Assembly (NCBI RefSeq): GCF_009834535.1
Contig: NC_045696.1
Coordinates: 97,590,001 to 97,654,000 of the forward strand
Direction: 5' to 3'
DNA: 64,000 nt
DNA from: Camelus ferus
Lineage: Eukaryota
The notes beneath the pieces are model-generated. The model was given only the letters and a program-made list of their open reading frames with translations, was not told the DNA's origin and searched no databases. Shown here one piece after another: positions 35,748 through 49,136 of this stretch. Each line of letters opens with the position of its first letter. Position 1 is the first letter of the stretch. Both the position numbers and the translations under genes were made by a program.

Positions 35748-37685
35748 CATGTGTAGTTAGAGGAGGAGAAGGAGATGGGATGAATGGCTCTAATGTCTTT
35801 TAATTTTTATTACAGAGTACAGGAAAGGTACAGGAGTACCTTTGTCTGAAGAGACTTTCTTTTAATCATGGAAGAGCCTCCCCTTCCCCTCCCCCCTCTT
35901 CCAGAAGCAGCTTGCTGCTCAGGGTCAGAGATGTTTTTTAGGGCCGTACAATAAGTGGGGTTGGAGTGTTTGATGACAGTGTTCTGGGGCATTTGCCAAG
36001 ATGTCTAATTGTTCAGGTGTGGATTATGTGTGTCACCTTAGTGTTTTTTCTTCTTTTGGTTTTTTTTTTAAACTTCTTTCTTTTAGTGATTTGCACTTAA
36101 GCCTCAAGATTTGCACTTAAGCCAGGGAAGGGGTAGGGAAATGGACTGGAAGTAAACCTGGTATTTGGCTCACCTTTCAGCACCTGGTAGGAATGAATGT
36201 GTAGGGATGGAGGCCATGGTGGCTCTGATGAGGTCTGAAGACTCTCCATCCCATTTGTTCTTTCTGTCCTGCTCCCTGTTCCGGATGGCCAGCCACTGCC
36301 TGAATATCCTTTGCTCTCTGGACAATTTGCCATCACCCTGGCCTTCCTCTAGTTTGCAGGAGGGCCCCAACTGTGCAGCCTGTCCTCTCAGAGTCCCTGC
36401 CCTGACCTCCCTCTCAAGGGAGAACTTCTGGGAGAGAGGCCCCTTCCTATGCTCCATCTCTGTAGCAGGAAGGGAGGTTGGTAAAATTTAACAGGTAGAT
36501 GAATTTATTCCCTAATTCTTGGGAAATCGTCACCACTCTGGATACTTTTATCACTCTTAGATATGTGGTAAATGTGAAAGCTCCTTATAAGTTATACGCT
36601 ATGTAAGTATTTGGTTTTATTTCTCCTCCTCCTCCTTTCTGCATCCATGCCGTTATTCCTCTGGGCATGTGGTCTGATGATGCTGGATGTCGTGCTGTGG
36701 AGAAAACAACTCCTCAGTCCTTGTTGCACGATCTGACATCTGCCTCACGATGCCAAGGGCTCAGATGTTAACTCATTAACTCAGATGTTAACAAAACGGA
36801 CTTGAGGAAGGTCTGATTACAGATCTGAAGGGAACTTCCATTATTTTACGATGCAAAATTATTTTTTTTCATTCCTTCCTTTATCTCCTCATTTGTTTCT
36901 GTACCAAATATTTATGTCGTGGGAAGTAATAAAAAGAAAACTGGGGCATGGCTGCTTTCAGATAACTTACACGTTAGCAGAGGGGACAAAAATAATTAAA
37001 CTGAGTCCAAATTAGTGGTCAGAAGGATAAATTCAAACCATTCCTGACTTCATCGTGTCCCAGCAGCTGCCATCTCTGGAGTGGAGACCAGATGCACCCG
37101 AGCCCAGAGTTCTATGCAAATGAGCATCAGGTGCTTCCTACTTTCCAGTGGCCCCTGAGGCCAACAAGCTGTTGAAAAGGTAGAGAATCAGAAACAAAGG
37201 GCCAGTGAGGTTTGGTATCTCCTCTGAAGTAGGAGAGTTTGGTTAAAAATGGTTGCTACAGTTGACCATCAGCTGCTGTAGCAACAGAGTTGAACTACTT
37301 GTAGCCGATAATTGCCGTACTACCTCAGATGTGGCCGGTGCTCCAAGGGCAGGGGTGCCCCGAGCAAGGGGATCCCAGCCAGGCCTGCAGCACGTAGCCT
37401 TGTTAGGAAAGTGGCGCTTTGCCTGCTTTCAACAGCTACCACAGGCGTTCTGGGGAGCACATTGTCGTGAAAGACATTTTCCACTGTCCCTGATAATGAG
37501 AGTTTAATTTTTGCTAAACTTCCCAAAAGACTGTGAAGCAGTTTCAGGTTTATCTAAGGAATACTGACCGTAGAAAAGAAAGCAGGTCACAGCTGAAAAC
37601 CTCCTTCCTGGCATCTTCATGTTAAAGAAAAAAAAATTAGAATTCAGTTTGTAAAGTTAAAGCAGAAAAGTTCTTAACTTTTTTT

Positions 37686-37796
37686 ATAGATAGTATTATT
37701 TTTTTAAATTTATTTTTATTTTTCTTAATGGAGGTGCTGGGGATTGAACCTCATAGGTGCTAAGCATATGCTCTACCATTGAACTATAGCCACCTC
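37686..37796 (-). mobile_element. tRNA-derived SINE (Vic-1 type)
   Basis: Degenerate copy flanked by direct repeats tcttaactttt. Confidence 0.8.
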
Positions 37797-37859
37797 TCTT
37801 AACTTTTAAAAATATAATTTATTCATTTATTTTTTCTGCTTGAGATAAAAGAAAGCATT

Positions 37860-38135
37860 TTGCTAACTGAGAGAATCCAGACTCAAAAAGACTTCATAAT
37901 GTATGATTCCATTTGTATGCCCTTCTGGAAAAGGCAAAACTATAGAGACAGAGAACAGATGAGTGGGGGTGGGACTGCCTACAAAGGGGGGCACCAGGGA
38001 ATTTTAGGGGGCAATGGCACAATTTTGAGTCTTGATTGGGGTGGCTGTTTCACAAATGCATTTTGTATTTGCCAAAACTCAGAACTGTACAATTTCACAA
38101 AGAGTGAATTTGACTGTAGGTAAGTAAAAATAATA
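37860..38135 (+). mobile_element. L1MB/MC 3' end
   Basis: tgtatgattccatttgtatg...ggaaaaggcaaaactatagagacagagaacagat ... tttgccaaaactcagaactgtac. Confidence 0.75.
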
Positions 38136-39600
38136 AAATTATCACACACATTCATCATAGAAAATGTTTAAAATAATCAAAAAATGCAAAAGGACGTAAT
38201 CATCACTCATCTTACCTAAAGAGAGCAGCTGTGAAAATGTTGGTGATTTCTTTCCAGTCTTTGTATGCATCTGTGTGTATTTTGTTTTTTTTTTTAAACC
38301 AAAGTTGGTAGTATATTATACTACTGTTTGTTATCTCTCTCTCTTTTTTAATACATTGAGAAGCCATTTATTTACTCTGCATCAGCCGTGAAAGTTGTGC
38401 TGTGAGTTTGGATGTATCGCTTCTAAGCTGCCTGGAGTCCTTTCCATTACACGGCTGGGCACATACTTTAAAATACCATGAGCCACACATGCCCACAGGA
38501 TTATAGAATATTCTGCTGTTACAGCTTAAAAATCAGCACAATATTTGCTCAGTATCATAAAGGGCATGTTTACAGCTTTACCCAATGAAATGGAAAATTT
38601 TAGTAACTGGTTAAGGCTTCTCAGTCCCTATTTACCCATTGGAAAGGTCAATTCTTTGACAGGAAAACAGACTCTTGGCTTTATCTGAGGAGAGTATTTC
38701 ACTGTATTATTCATTTAAATATAAAGCTGGGGGTGGGGTACGTTCTGCCCAAAGAAAGATTTTAACCTCAAGGATTTTTTGTCAGCCCCCAGAGCCTGGG
38801 TGTTTTAAGTGGACAAGCCTGCGTTTTCTCTGCATTGTTGAGAAATCATGATTATTCCCAGGCAAACTCAGCACCGCTTTTAGCCCCATCCTTCCTTTAA
38901 TTGGGGCTCGGTGGACAAGAGAAAGCAACTTGTCAAACAAAAATGCTGACTAAGCCTGGCCTCTGGTTGCCGGGGCAACAGGGACAGGGGAGAGGGTTTG
39001 GGCGGGAGGCCCCGGGATTCTTTTGGCAGGCCTCACAGAGCTCTGTTAGGCTTGACGGCCACTGCCGGGTCTGGCTGGCCAGCTGGCCGGCCTCTCACAG
39101 CCATTCCTGAGCGAGGGCCCTGGGGAGGGACACGCCTGGCTGTGGGCAGCGCTGGTCCAGGGAGGCTCTGAGGTCTGTTTCTTGTCAAGTGAAGAATAGC
39201 TATTTAGAGAGGTTAAAAAGTGTCATATCACAGCATAAATAGTGGCTGTTTCATAAGTCTTTCCTTCAGCACATGGGGCTATAATTTACTTTTGGAAAAG
39301 CATTTCAGAGAATTAGGTTTCGGGCTGACCGGAAACATCACAGGTCGTGTTGTCCACCCAGGATGTGACTCCCTCTGGAGCAGCCTGACTAGTTACTTTC
39401 ATTCATTTCATTTGTTCAGTATGCTCCCAGCACTAAATACACAGCAGTGAACAAACAGGCTTGGTCCCTACCCTCATGGGGCTCTCATTCTAACTGCTGT
39501 AAGCATTTTATTTGCCTACAAGTTCCAGAGATAAGCCATTTTCTTAAAAAAAAAAAAAAAAAAAAAGCCAACTCAAGTCTCTTTAAAACGATCTTTTTAA

Positions 39601-39700
39601 AACTTAAAAAAAAATTTTTTTTAATGGAGGTACTGGAGATTGAACCCAGGACCTTGCTCATGCTAACCACATACTCTACCACTGAGTTATACCTCCACCC
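39601..39700 (-). mobile_element. tRNA-derived SINE (Vic-1 type)
   Basis: taatggaggtactggagattgaacccaggacc...ctctaccactgagttatacctccaccc. Confidence 0.85.
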
Positions 39701-40999
39701 TCTAAAAGGACCCTTTTGAAAGATGTTATAAATTGGACACATTTTCTTAAATGAAGAGAAGAGTATCTAAACTATAATATTTTCCTTAATATGATTTTAA
39801 AGGATTACATAAATTTTGGAATAACACAAGATTGTTATATGCATCCTGAATTAAAAAGAGCATCAAACAGACCATGAATAATAATTATGGACTCAACAGA
39901 TGTCTTCCCCAAAGTGTCAGAGTTTGGACTGTAGTGCCAGTCTGGCAGCTGAGCCTGTGTGATGCGGTATTTCCAAGAGGAAGGCACCAGGAAATGTGAC
40001 AGTGAATTTCTAGAATCCCTTGGCACAGACTTAAGAAATTTACATTAGAATATTTTGTTTTTCCTATAAAGAAGGTAAATAATTCCGCATCCTGCTTCTG
40101 AAGTCCCTCGGGGTTTTGGCAGAGGGAGCAACTTCTCTGCACCAGAATAACTATTTTAATGTTAGGATTTCAAAATATTGTCTTTATTTTTTTCATTTGT
40201 TTCTACTCACCCCACCCTTTATAATTAAAACAATCTAGTCTTCCATTTTTGTAGAATCCCTGGCCACACACACTTAAATCAAGCAGAGCACCCTCAGAAG
40301 AGGTTATTGTCATTCGTTCCTCCTTGACGTACATTCCCAGAGGGTCAGAGTGGCTGGCGGGAGGCACTCCCCCAGCCCAGGACAGACAGGGCGGCAGGAT
40401 ACTTTCAAGTGCTGTTTACTTTCTCACCTCCTCTGTTGATTTATTCCACAGGCAGGCTGCAGGCCAGTGGGGAGCTGGAAGGAAAGGGGGTTTGAAGTTC
40501 GAGTCCAGGGACACCTTCCGCTTACAAATCAGCATTTATCTTTCACAGCCCTCGCCCCTCCAGCTATTTTACACACCACCCCTCCCCATCCCCTAGGAGA
40601 GGGCGCTTTTTAACCCACATATAATTACTCGTTCCGGGGAGCTAGTTGGAAGACCACAAACTCTGAAAGAGATTCTCAGGGCTTTATTTTGCAACAGTCT
40701 TTCCGCCCCCAGCTTGGATATATAGAAAAAAAAAGTTGTGGTGGAGGAGTGTTGGGGTAGGGTTACCAGGGGCAGATTTCCTGATCTTTCTGCAACTGGC
40801 CTTTAAAATCTGAACTTATAACTTGGCTGGATGTGCTTGCGAGTTCCCAGGACACTAGCTCCACCCATATACATTGAAAAGGATCAGAGAATACGTCCCG
40901 TTCAATCTCTTTCCCGATTTTGAGAGGGAACGTGGGATCAGGACAGTTAAACGGGCTGTTTCATTAACTCCTCTAACTTGCCTGAAGGAGAGGGAGTTG

Positions 41000-41290
41000 G
41001 TATTTCCATTTTACAGCTGGGAAAACAAGCTCAGAGAAATGAAATATCTTGCCCAAGTCCCACAGTCAGTGGGTGAAAAGGCCGGAAATTTGACCAACCT
41101 CAACCCTTGGCTTTCCTCTCTCTGCCACTGTGTGGTGGCTGTGAGAACATTCTGGGGCCAGGTCCTGGGAAAGTTGCCTAACCTCTCTGTGCCTCAGTGT
41201 CCTCATCTATAAAGTGGGGACATTTGGATTGTCATGAGGATGATGAGGATGAAACGAATAGTATGTTAAAGCATTTAGGACAGTGCTGTA
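41000..41290. mobile_element. MIR SINE pair in opposite orientations
   Basis: ccattttacagctgggaaaacaagctcagagaaatgaaatatcttgcccaagtc and aacctctctgtgcctcagtgtcctcatctataaagtgggga are MIR cores. Other MIRs near 5890, 8250, 9520, 41400, 43520, 52720, 58400, 60230, 62820. Confidence 0.7.
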
Positions 41291-42693
41291 CAGGTAGTCA
41301 GAGATATTCAAGAATTAGCTAATATCTATGCCTCCTAAAACATTTAACACTATTATTGAGTGGCTCATTGTCCTGACTGCCTCATTGTGCCAGGTTCTTA
41401 ATAAATATGCTTTTTAATCTATGTGTAACAGCTCAGCAAGATGAATCTTAGAAGCCATTTTTTTTTTCAGATGATGAACACAACTGTCAAGAAAGGTTAA
41501 CAATTTAGTCCAAGATGTTACAGCTAGGGAGTCGCTGAGCTGGGATTTGAGCTTCCATCATTCTGATTCCAAGAACACTTTTTATCCTGTGCCAACCCCT
41601 AGCCATGTCCAGGCGCATTTAAGCCTCAACAACTCCTTGAAAATTCCAGAGGCCAGTAGCCCAGAGATTTGAGATGCACCCCGTTCTACCACTGAACGGG
41701 CTACTAACTACAAAGTCTTCCATCATATCTGCCTCCAGTCTGGGATAGAAGGAATCTTCCTTCTTCCATATGACAGTCCATTAATAGTTTGAGAGCCACG
41801 GTGTGCCCCTCACGTCTCTTTTAAACAGTTCCCTTGCTTCTTTGTTGGACATGACATCCTGGCCTCTCCCCATCCTGATGCTTCTCCACTGGTCACTTTT
41901 TGTAAAGATTATGACAAAGTGTAGAACAGAGATCTGGGGTGCAGCCTTGCACTTGGAGATTGACTGGAGTCAGGCGGGTCAGTTGGAAGATCTAGAGAAG
42001 CAGTGCTGACTATTTGAGTTGGGAAAGAGTCTTGGAGAATGTAGAGATCAGAGAGATGGGCCACACAAGGCTTGGCCTTTCTCCATCGTTTTTTGTTACA
42101 GTCTGTCTCCCCCTCTGGAATCCTCGCTGAGGCAGGGTACTGTCTGTGCTGTTCATTGCTGTATCCCTGCTGCCGAGAACCACACCTGGCACCTGGTAGC
42201 CTCCATAGTATTTAAAAAAATAAATACAGGTGCAAATGAATGAATTGTTGGGGAAGCTGAGGGAGACAGTTGACTCAGATTTGGAGTTGGGAGGACTGGT
42301 GATGGTGTTAGGAGAAAGCTTGAGGTTAGCAGGAAGAGCTGCTTTGGGGCCAGATGAGGAGTGTACTGTGAGACGTGGAGTTTCAGACCCCAGCTGGACA
42401 CGTTTATTTTGGACTTCAGGGCTGGGGGAGGAGAAGGTAGTGGTTTGCTGTGGTTATAGTTGTCAGGGAAGGCATTCTGGAAGAGGTGGTGTAACAGAAC
42501 TTCTGAGGTGGGGGGGAGATTCGGCTTGATGAAGAGGTAACTTGTTTGGGAGGACAGGGTGGGGGCGGGGGAAGGGACACGAGGAAGGCGTCTGTGAACA
42601 GATTTGCTGACCTGGAGCAGAGGTGGGAGTGAGAGACCAAGGAGCTCGGTGTGCCTCCAGCTTAGCATTCATTATCCTGCTGGACGAGGGCTG

Positions 42694-42694
<1 letters not shown>

Positions 42695-42728
<34 letters not shown>
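42695..42728. repeat. Poly-G homopolymer (34 nt)
   Basis: Counted directly from the sequence. Confidence 0.9.
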
Positions 42729-44646
42729 CGGGGAGGGAGCACAGGGTTAGGGCAGCTGCGCCGCCAGCTCAGAGTTGGAGGCCTGAGTCATGTCTTCCAC
42801 CAGCCTTGTTCAGCTGTCCCCGTTTCCATGTCAGTTTACTTAGTCCAGTGCCCCCATCTTCTGTCTTTGCTTCAGCTGTCTTAGTTCCATCAGTCCTGAC
42901 TGCTGCATCTTGGTCAAACTAAAGTCAGGTGTTTGCCTTTATTTCTGCCCTGCAAGGGCAGATGTCATGTAGCAGCCAAAATCATACTGAGTCTGAGGCT
43001 TAATTTTACACCTCAATTTTGCTTTTTTTAAAAAAAAAATTAAAATCCTCCACTGTTTGGATGGGGACATGTGAGCGAGGTTAGTCCTTTTATTTCCAAA
43101 CCTTGAATTTCATACCACTTTTCTTCTCCAATTTATGAACAGAAATAGGAAAATATTTTCATTCAAAAAGGCTAGACTTTAAAAAAAACCCTAAATACGG
43201 GACTGTTATATTATAAAAACAATTGTGTGAAATGAAACTTCACCATTATCCATTTATATTAAAAATTAATTTTATGTTATACAAAAAGGTTTACAGATCT
43301 CTCCTTGATTTAAAAAAATTTTTTTTTCTTAGCTTTGCTGATTCATGGTGGATTTCACCTTAGGTTTAATCCTTCCAAGGTGAAGGCTGACCAGGAAGAA
43401 GTGTCAGACTACTCAAAGCGGATCAGGTCCACGTGATAGGGTGACTTTTAAGACTGGTTGTTTATTTTTGTTTTTGCTTTTGTTTCCTGGGATTGGAATA
43501 CATGAGATGATAATAATCATAATACTTAGTTGGCATTTATTAAAAGATCTCTGTGCCAGCACCGTTCTCAGCATCATATACGTATTACCTCATATTATCA
43601 CTGCAGCCGCCCTGTTGGGGAGACGCTTATTATTCCCACCTTATAGACGAGGAACAGAGAGGTTAAGTAGCCAGCTAGGGGATGGCCAAGGTTCAGATCA
43701 AGCCTTTGGCCCTGGAATCCCTGCTTCTGATCACTCTGACCTCCTGCTTGTCTTCCGTGCCGGGAGCAGGAAAAAAAGTGCAGTGGGATCATTAAATTAG
43801 GATGAAGTTTGAGCCTGGGTAGATGGATGTAGACAGAAGACTGTTACTTTACTCATATTTGTGGTTGAAGATAAGAAATGAATGTTCTTAGCTAATTTTT
43901 TCTCTTATTATTAATTATAATTTAAAATGGTTTTTCCATTTGAATTCTGGTAACATTTTTCATTGTTTCATTGGGCAGATATTTATAAGTACCTACTATA
44001 TACCTGTGTGGTTGTACACAGTGGGGATATAGGAATGACCATGACAAATAAGATCCCTTTCCTCATGGACCTTACATTCTAATGAGAAAGACACTAAATA
44101 ATAAGTTGCTATGAAGAACATTTAACATAATGTCTAAAGAGATGGCATCTATAGGAGACAGACATCAGTGAGGGAGTGAAGATCTGGGAAGATCTTAGGA
44201 GTGTGTTCCAAGCAGAGGAAACAGTTGGAGCAGATGCTGGAAGTGGGAGGAGCAGTGGGGAGGAGTGAGGGAGACAACGGAGGAGACGTGGACAGGCAGG
44301 CTTTGTGGGCCACCATCCAGGTGGGCTAGGGAACAGGTGGGTCTAGAGCTGGGGCCACCCAAGAATAATCTTAGAATCATTTCGGAGAAAGCATTGCCCC
44401 CTCGAATAACTTTCTAATTCAGACTGGACTAATTTATATTTCAAAGTTAGTTTCAGGTATAGTCAACACCCTTTCTGTATTCTCTCTCATTTGTTTGAAA
44501 GTCAAAAAGATACTGTGAGCCCCCTACAGGCTGAACATAGCATTGCCTCGCAATGACGTGGGGGTCACGTCCTCAAAGAACGGAGGGAAACCACATCGAT
44601 GCTGAGGAATGGAGCTACAGTTATCTTTCATTTAAAACAGAGGGAA

Positions 44647-44994
44647 CAGGAATCTAAATAAAGAAAAAGAAGGCACTAATGAATTCATCTACAAAACAGA
44701 AACAGACTCGCAGACATAGTAAACAATCTTATGGTTACGAGGGAAGGGTGGTTGTAAGGAATAAATTTGGGAGTTCGAGATTTGCAAATATTAACTACTA
44801 TATATAAAAATAGGCAAAAAACCAAATTTCTTCTGTATAGAGCAGGGAACTATTCAATATCTTGTAATAACCTTTAATGAAAAAGAATATGAAAACTAAT
44901 ATGTGTGTGTGTGTGTTTATGAGACTGGGACATCGTGCTGTACACCAGAAATTGTCACATTGTAACTGATTATACTTCAATTAAAAAAATAAAA
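44647..44994 (+). mobile_element. Relatively young 5'-truncated LINE-1 with TSD
   Basis: aatgaattcatctacaaaacagaaacagactcgcagacatag ... tatacttcaattaaaaaaa; TSD taaaa(c/t)agagg(g/a)aa at 44633-46 and 44995-45008. Confidence 0.85.
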
Positions 44995-45437
44995 TAAAAT
45001 AGAGGAAAGAGATGTGAAATGACACCGTGAGACATTTCCCCATTATAGTTTAGGTTATTTCAGCTTTGGTTATTATAAATAGTGCTTCTGAATTTCGCTT
45101 ACATGCTTAGCCACATACAAGTGTTCTTTTAAAAAGGCATACAGTATCTATTTGAAATATTCCAGGAGTAATTTAAATAAAAATTTAGAACTATAGATTT
45201 TGTATCTAGTTTCTGATATTTTTCTTACAATTTAACATTTTATTTTTATATGTCATTACAGATGACAGATAATTCATATGTTATGTAATTTTTTAAAAAT
45301 CTAATGAAGTTCCAGAAATGATTCTTATATTTAAATTCAGACCACCTGGAGTTGCAAATTCAACCAGTATTCTTTCAGTGTTTGGCTAGATGTTTTTTTA
45401 TCCTCCTAGCAGCATATTTAGAAGAGTAGATGTCCTA

Positions 45438-45590
45438 GAGGGAGTGTATAGCTCAGTGGTAGAACACATGCTTAGTATGCACGAGGTCCTGGGTTCAATC
45501 CCCAGTAGCTCCATTAAAAATAAATAAATAAACGCAATTACTTCTCCCCACACACAAAATAAATTTTTTAATAAACAAAAAAATTAAAAA
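45438..45590 (+). mobile_element. tRNA-derived SINE (Vic-1 type)
   Basis: gggagtgtatagctcagtggtagaacacatgcttagtatgcacgaggtcctgggttcaatcccc plus tail. Confidence 0.88.
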
Positions 45591-47408
45591 GAATTATGTC
45601 AGATATAAAGAAATGCAGGAATCTCTTCAGCTCGTATGTTTAAAGGGGCATCAGTTTAGGGATAACCTCCTCATATCTTCAGAATGGTTGGAGAATTGGA
45701 ATATTCTAATTAAAGTTGATTTTTTTGGATAATGAAGGTGATTGTCCAAAAGACCTTTGAATTTGCGGTTTATAAAGGACCAGAAACTGTATCATTGACT
45801 AGCTGCTTTCAGACTGGTTTGCGTGTGTGTGTATGTTTGAGGGGTTGGTGGCTCTATGCCCCTCCCATCAGGTCCAGCCCCTGTTATTCTTCTGTCTGAG
45901 GCCTCCCGGTAAGCTTTGCTTGGACTATAAGTTTTCAAATGTGCACTGCCTATCACATAAAAACAATTATAAGAAAATAACTCAGTGTTTCTAGATTTAT
46001 TCAGAAGGTACTTCCAAGATTGGGATTATGGACTCAAATTCCCTTTTTAAAAAATCTCCATTTTTTGGTTTGCTTTTTATAGATTACTGAATAAAATTTG
46101 TTCATTAAGTATTTGATTATTTGCCATCTGGATGAGCTGGAGTGAACGAGGAGCCCTTTCTGGACAGGGGATTTATTTCAGTAAAAGTTAACAATACAGT
46201 TTCTTATCAATCATCTCTCCCATGGTTTACAAGACTCGTGCTACCGTAACTCCTAGTAACAGTATAATGAACTCTAGTAACCGAGAGTTTTTATAGCCGA
46301 TGACTTCACTAGACTTGTCTAGACAGCAGTTACTCTATAAAATCATAGCATGTTGGGACTGGAAGAAGTGTAACACAGACCCTGTAACTTAGATGGCCTG
46401 AATAGTCTGTTTGCCATGGTAGCCAGGGTTTTGGGGTTTGAGGGACAGTGAGACAAATGACTTCAGCCTGGGTAGTGGGAAACTGATAGGCGTAAATACG
46501 GGAAGGTCCTAACTTTGGTTTTGGACGCAAGTACAAATATACAAAAGTATTATTCTCTGGAAACAGCAGCAAATTGGAAAGGAATTTGGTGTCTGGTTAT
46601 GTTTGTCAAAATGGGAGCGACTCCCTGGAGGTTCTAGCTAGAGAAAGTAATTGCAGTCAAATTCGTAAACTTTTGGATTGACTCTCCTTGGCAGAGTAAT
46701 GCTAGCTTAAAAAAAAAGAAAGTTCATGTTTTAATTTTTGCTAATGAAATCCATATGCTATCAAATAGGTAATCGTCAGTGGGATTCAGGATTGGAACTG
46801 AGTGGTTCCCCAACCTTCAGCCATTTTAGTCAGGGAAATAATTAGTCAAATAGAAAAACTGATTGACTAAGAAACTTTTTAACTAGTTGTTTTGCTGTCC
46901 TGGCTATTGATATAAGACTGCCAGATGTGATTTTATGCAAGCCTGAAATGAACTCTGTAATCCCACAGTGTTACTGCCCTGTAAGTGGCAGAGACCAGAA
47001 TGCACCTGCTAGTTGGAGAAGACCAGTTGCTTTGATTGATTTAGATTTGGTCTGAACACCTGGGATAAAATAGCCTTGTCTCTGAGAAAGTGTCTTGAGA
47101 GACCTTTATATGATTTGGGTATTTAAACAATTGGATGGGTTGGACAGTCACTACGTAAATGCTTTGAGGGCAAATACCACATGAGCTTCTGGTTAACTTT
47201 GTGAATGTGAGAAAGTGACTTATGCCTGTAAGACTTTCTTCAAAGAAAGAACACTAATGATTTCCTGATGATTTTGGCTTATGGGAAATAAACATAGAGT
47301 GCTTGTATGTTTGGTGAAAAGTTTTTGTGCGAAGCATCCTTTGCTCCTGTCCTTGTGGCAATGAGTAAATGACTCTTGCTTCTCCCTGTGACTGTCCTGT
47401 TTCTGTAG

Positions 47409-47542
47409 GAAGCTGCCCTCTGCAGACAGCTGCCCATGGAAGCAGAGACCCTGGCCACAGTTCAGGCTGCTGTCAACACCCCCGCCATGACCCCAGACAT
47501 GAGATCCATCACAAATAATAGCTCAGATCCTTTCCTCAATGG
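47409..47542 (+). CDS. WWTR1: WWTR1/TAZ coding exon (exon 5 equivalent)
   Basis: Acceptor tttctgtAG (47407-08), donor GTAAGT (47543); 134 nt. EAALCRQLPMEAETLATVQAAVNTPAMTPDMRSITNNSSDPFLN(G). Confidence 0.97.
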
Positions 47543-47879
47543 GTAAGTCAATATTTTGAGGCCACTTATTTTTGCTTTCTTTACTATGTGGTTTCGTGTA
47601 TAATGGGTCTTTGTTTATGCTGGGAGCTTGGAGGTTGGGGTGAGGATAGAGGGAGAGTGTGGAGGGAAGTGGCAGAAAAGAAAAGTAGAGGAAGAAGTCA
47701 TCTACCTTTTAAAAACAAAATCTCAAATTCAAAAATGGTGATATGACATGGAGTAAACCCCTAATCAATAATTTGAAAATGGGATGATTTCAATGGGATG
47801 GTGTTGTGTAGTAATTGTTAACAGGTATCTTGTGGTTTTATGTAGCCAACAGGGGTATAAAAACATGTCCTATGGTAAA

Positions 47880-48110
47880 TAGGAAACAATGAAGAGGTGG
47901 TGTTTATGGTGAAATGTGAATAAGGTCATAGTTTAGACCTTATTTAGTTTAGTTAATAGTATTACACATTGTCCATCCCTGGTGTTGAGCACTGTACCAT
48001 GTTTCTGTACCACGTCCTCGGGAAAGCTGGGTAGAGGATACACACGAAGTCTATACTCTTTTTACATCTTCTATGTGAGTCTAAAATTATTTTATGATAA
48101 AATTAATTAA
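47880..48110 (+). mobile_element. L1MC-type 3' end
   Basis: gtgaaatgtgaataaggtc...tttagttaatagtatta ... ggaaagctgggtagaggataca ... gtgagtctaaaattattt. Confidence 0.6.
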
Positions 48111-48923
48111 AACAAAAGGGTGTTGTTTTAAAATATGAAACGTATGAGCAGAAGCAAAAGGTAATTTAGCCAGAAATATCTTTGTGCGTAGAACAAGTCA
48201 ATTGTAATTATAGTCTTTTAAACCCAAATAAAGGGCAGTTTTCTATTTCTTGCATCTTTTCTGCCCTTGCAGTGGCTTCTGGCAAATGAGCAAATACAAT
48301 TATGAAAGTTATTAAAAATAAAGAGATGAAAACAAACAGTAACCGATATGACAAAAGAAAGGCGTTTAGATGATTGATTTAAAATACTTCAGATGCTCAG
48401 AGAAGTGTAACGACTAATTCAAGGTTTACACCATGTACCCAACACCCAGATGTGCCATATTTCCATAGATCTTATTTTTTTTAATGTCTTATAATTAATA
48501 TGTAAACTCATCCCCACCACTGAAATCCGTTTCTTTCCCTTCTTGCTGCCCTAGTGATAGCCCCTAGGCAGTTTGGAAGTTGATGTGTATCCATCTTGCA
48601 TATTTTTGTACTTCTTATTGCCTATTCATGTGTATCCAGAAGCAATATTCAACACTTTCTGTTTTTTTTTAATTTACATAAATGGTATCATTCTCTAGAT
48701 GTAGAACCAAGTGTTCAAATTGTTATTTTGAGTATTTTGAGATGAAAAGGGAATCAGTGTCAGTTTACTATGATGGCCAGTTTTATTGGCTTACAATTTA
48801 TTAATTTCACTGACAGAGGGTTATACACTTCCAGACGTAAAGGAGGCGCAAAGTTCACCCTCCCTTCATTACCTGGGAGATCAGGCAGGTTGACAGCACT
48901 ATACTCGTTTGGGGTCTTCGTGA

Positions 48924-49136
<213 letters not shown>

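Noticed and set aside
37114..37121. Octamer ATGCAAAT
   Set aside because: Isolated 8-mer that occurs several times in the window; consistent with chance.
38110..38125. Second AG|GTAAGT junction in intron 4
   Set aside because: No polypyrimidine tract; lies within an L1 3' end.
42153..42668. 171-aa minus-strand ORF
   Set aside because: Low-complexity P/S/L composition, overlaps L2-like sequence, no recognisable domain.
45441..45512. tRNA-like sequences (here and in nine similar copies)
   Set aside because: Diverged stems, A-rich tails and TSDs identify them as SINEs, not tRNA genes.
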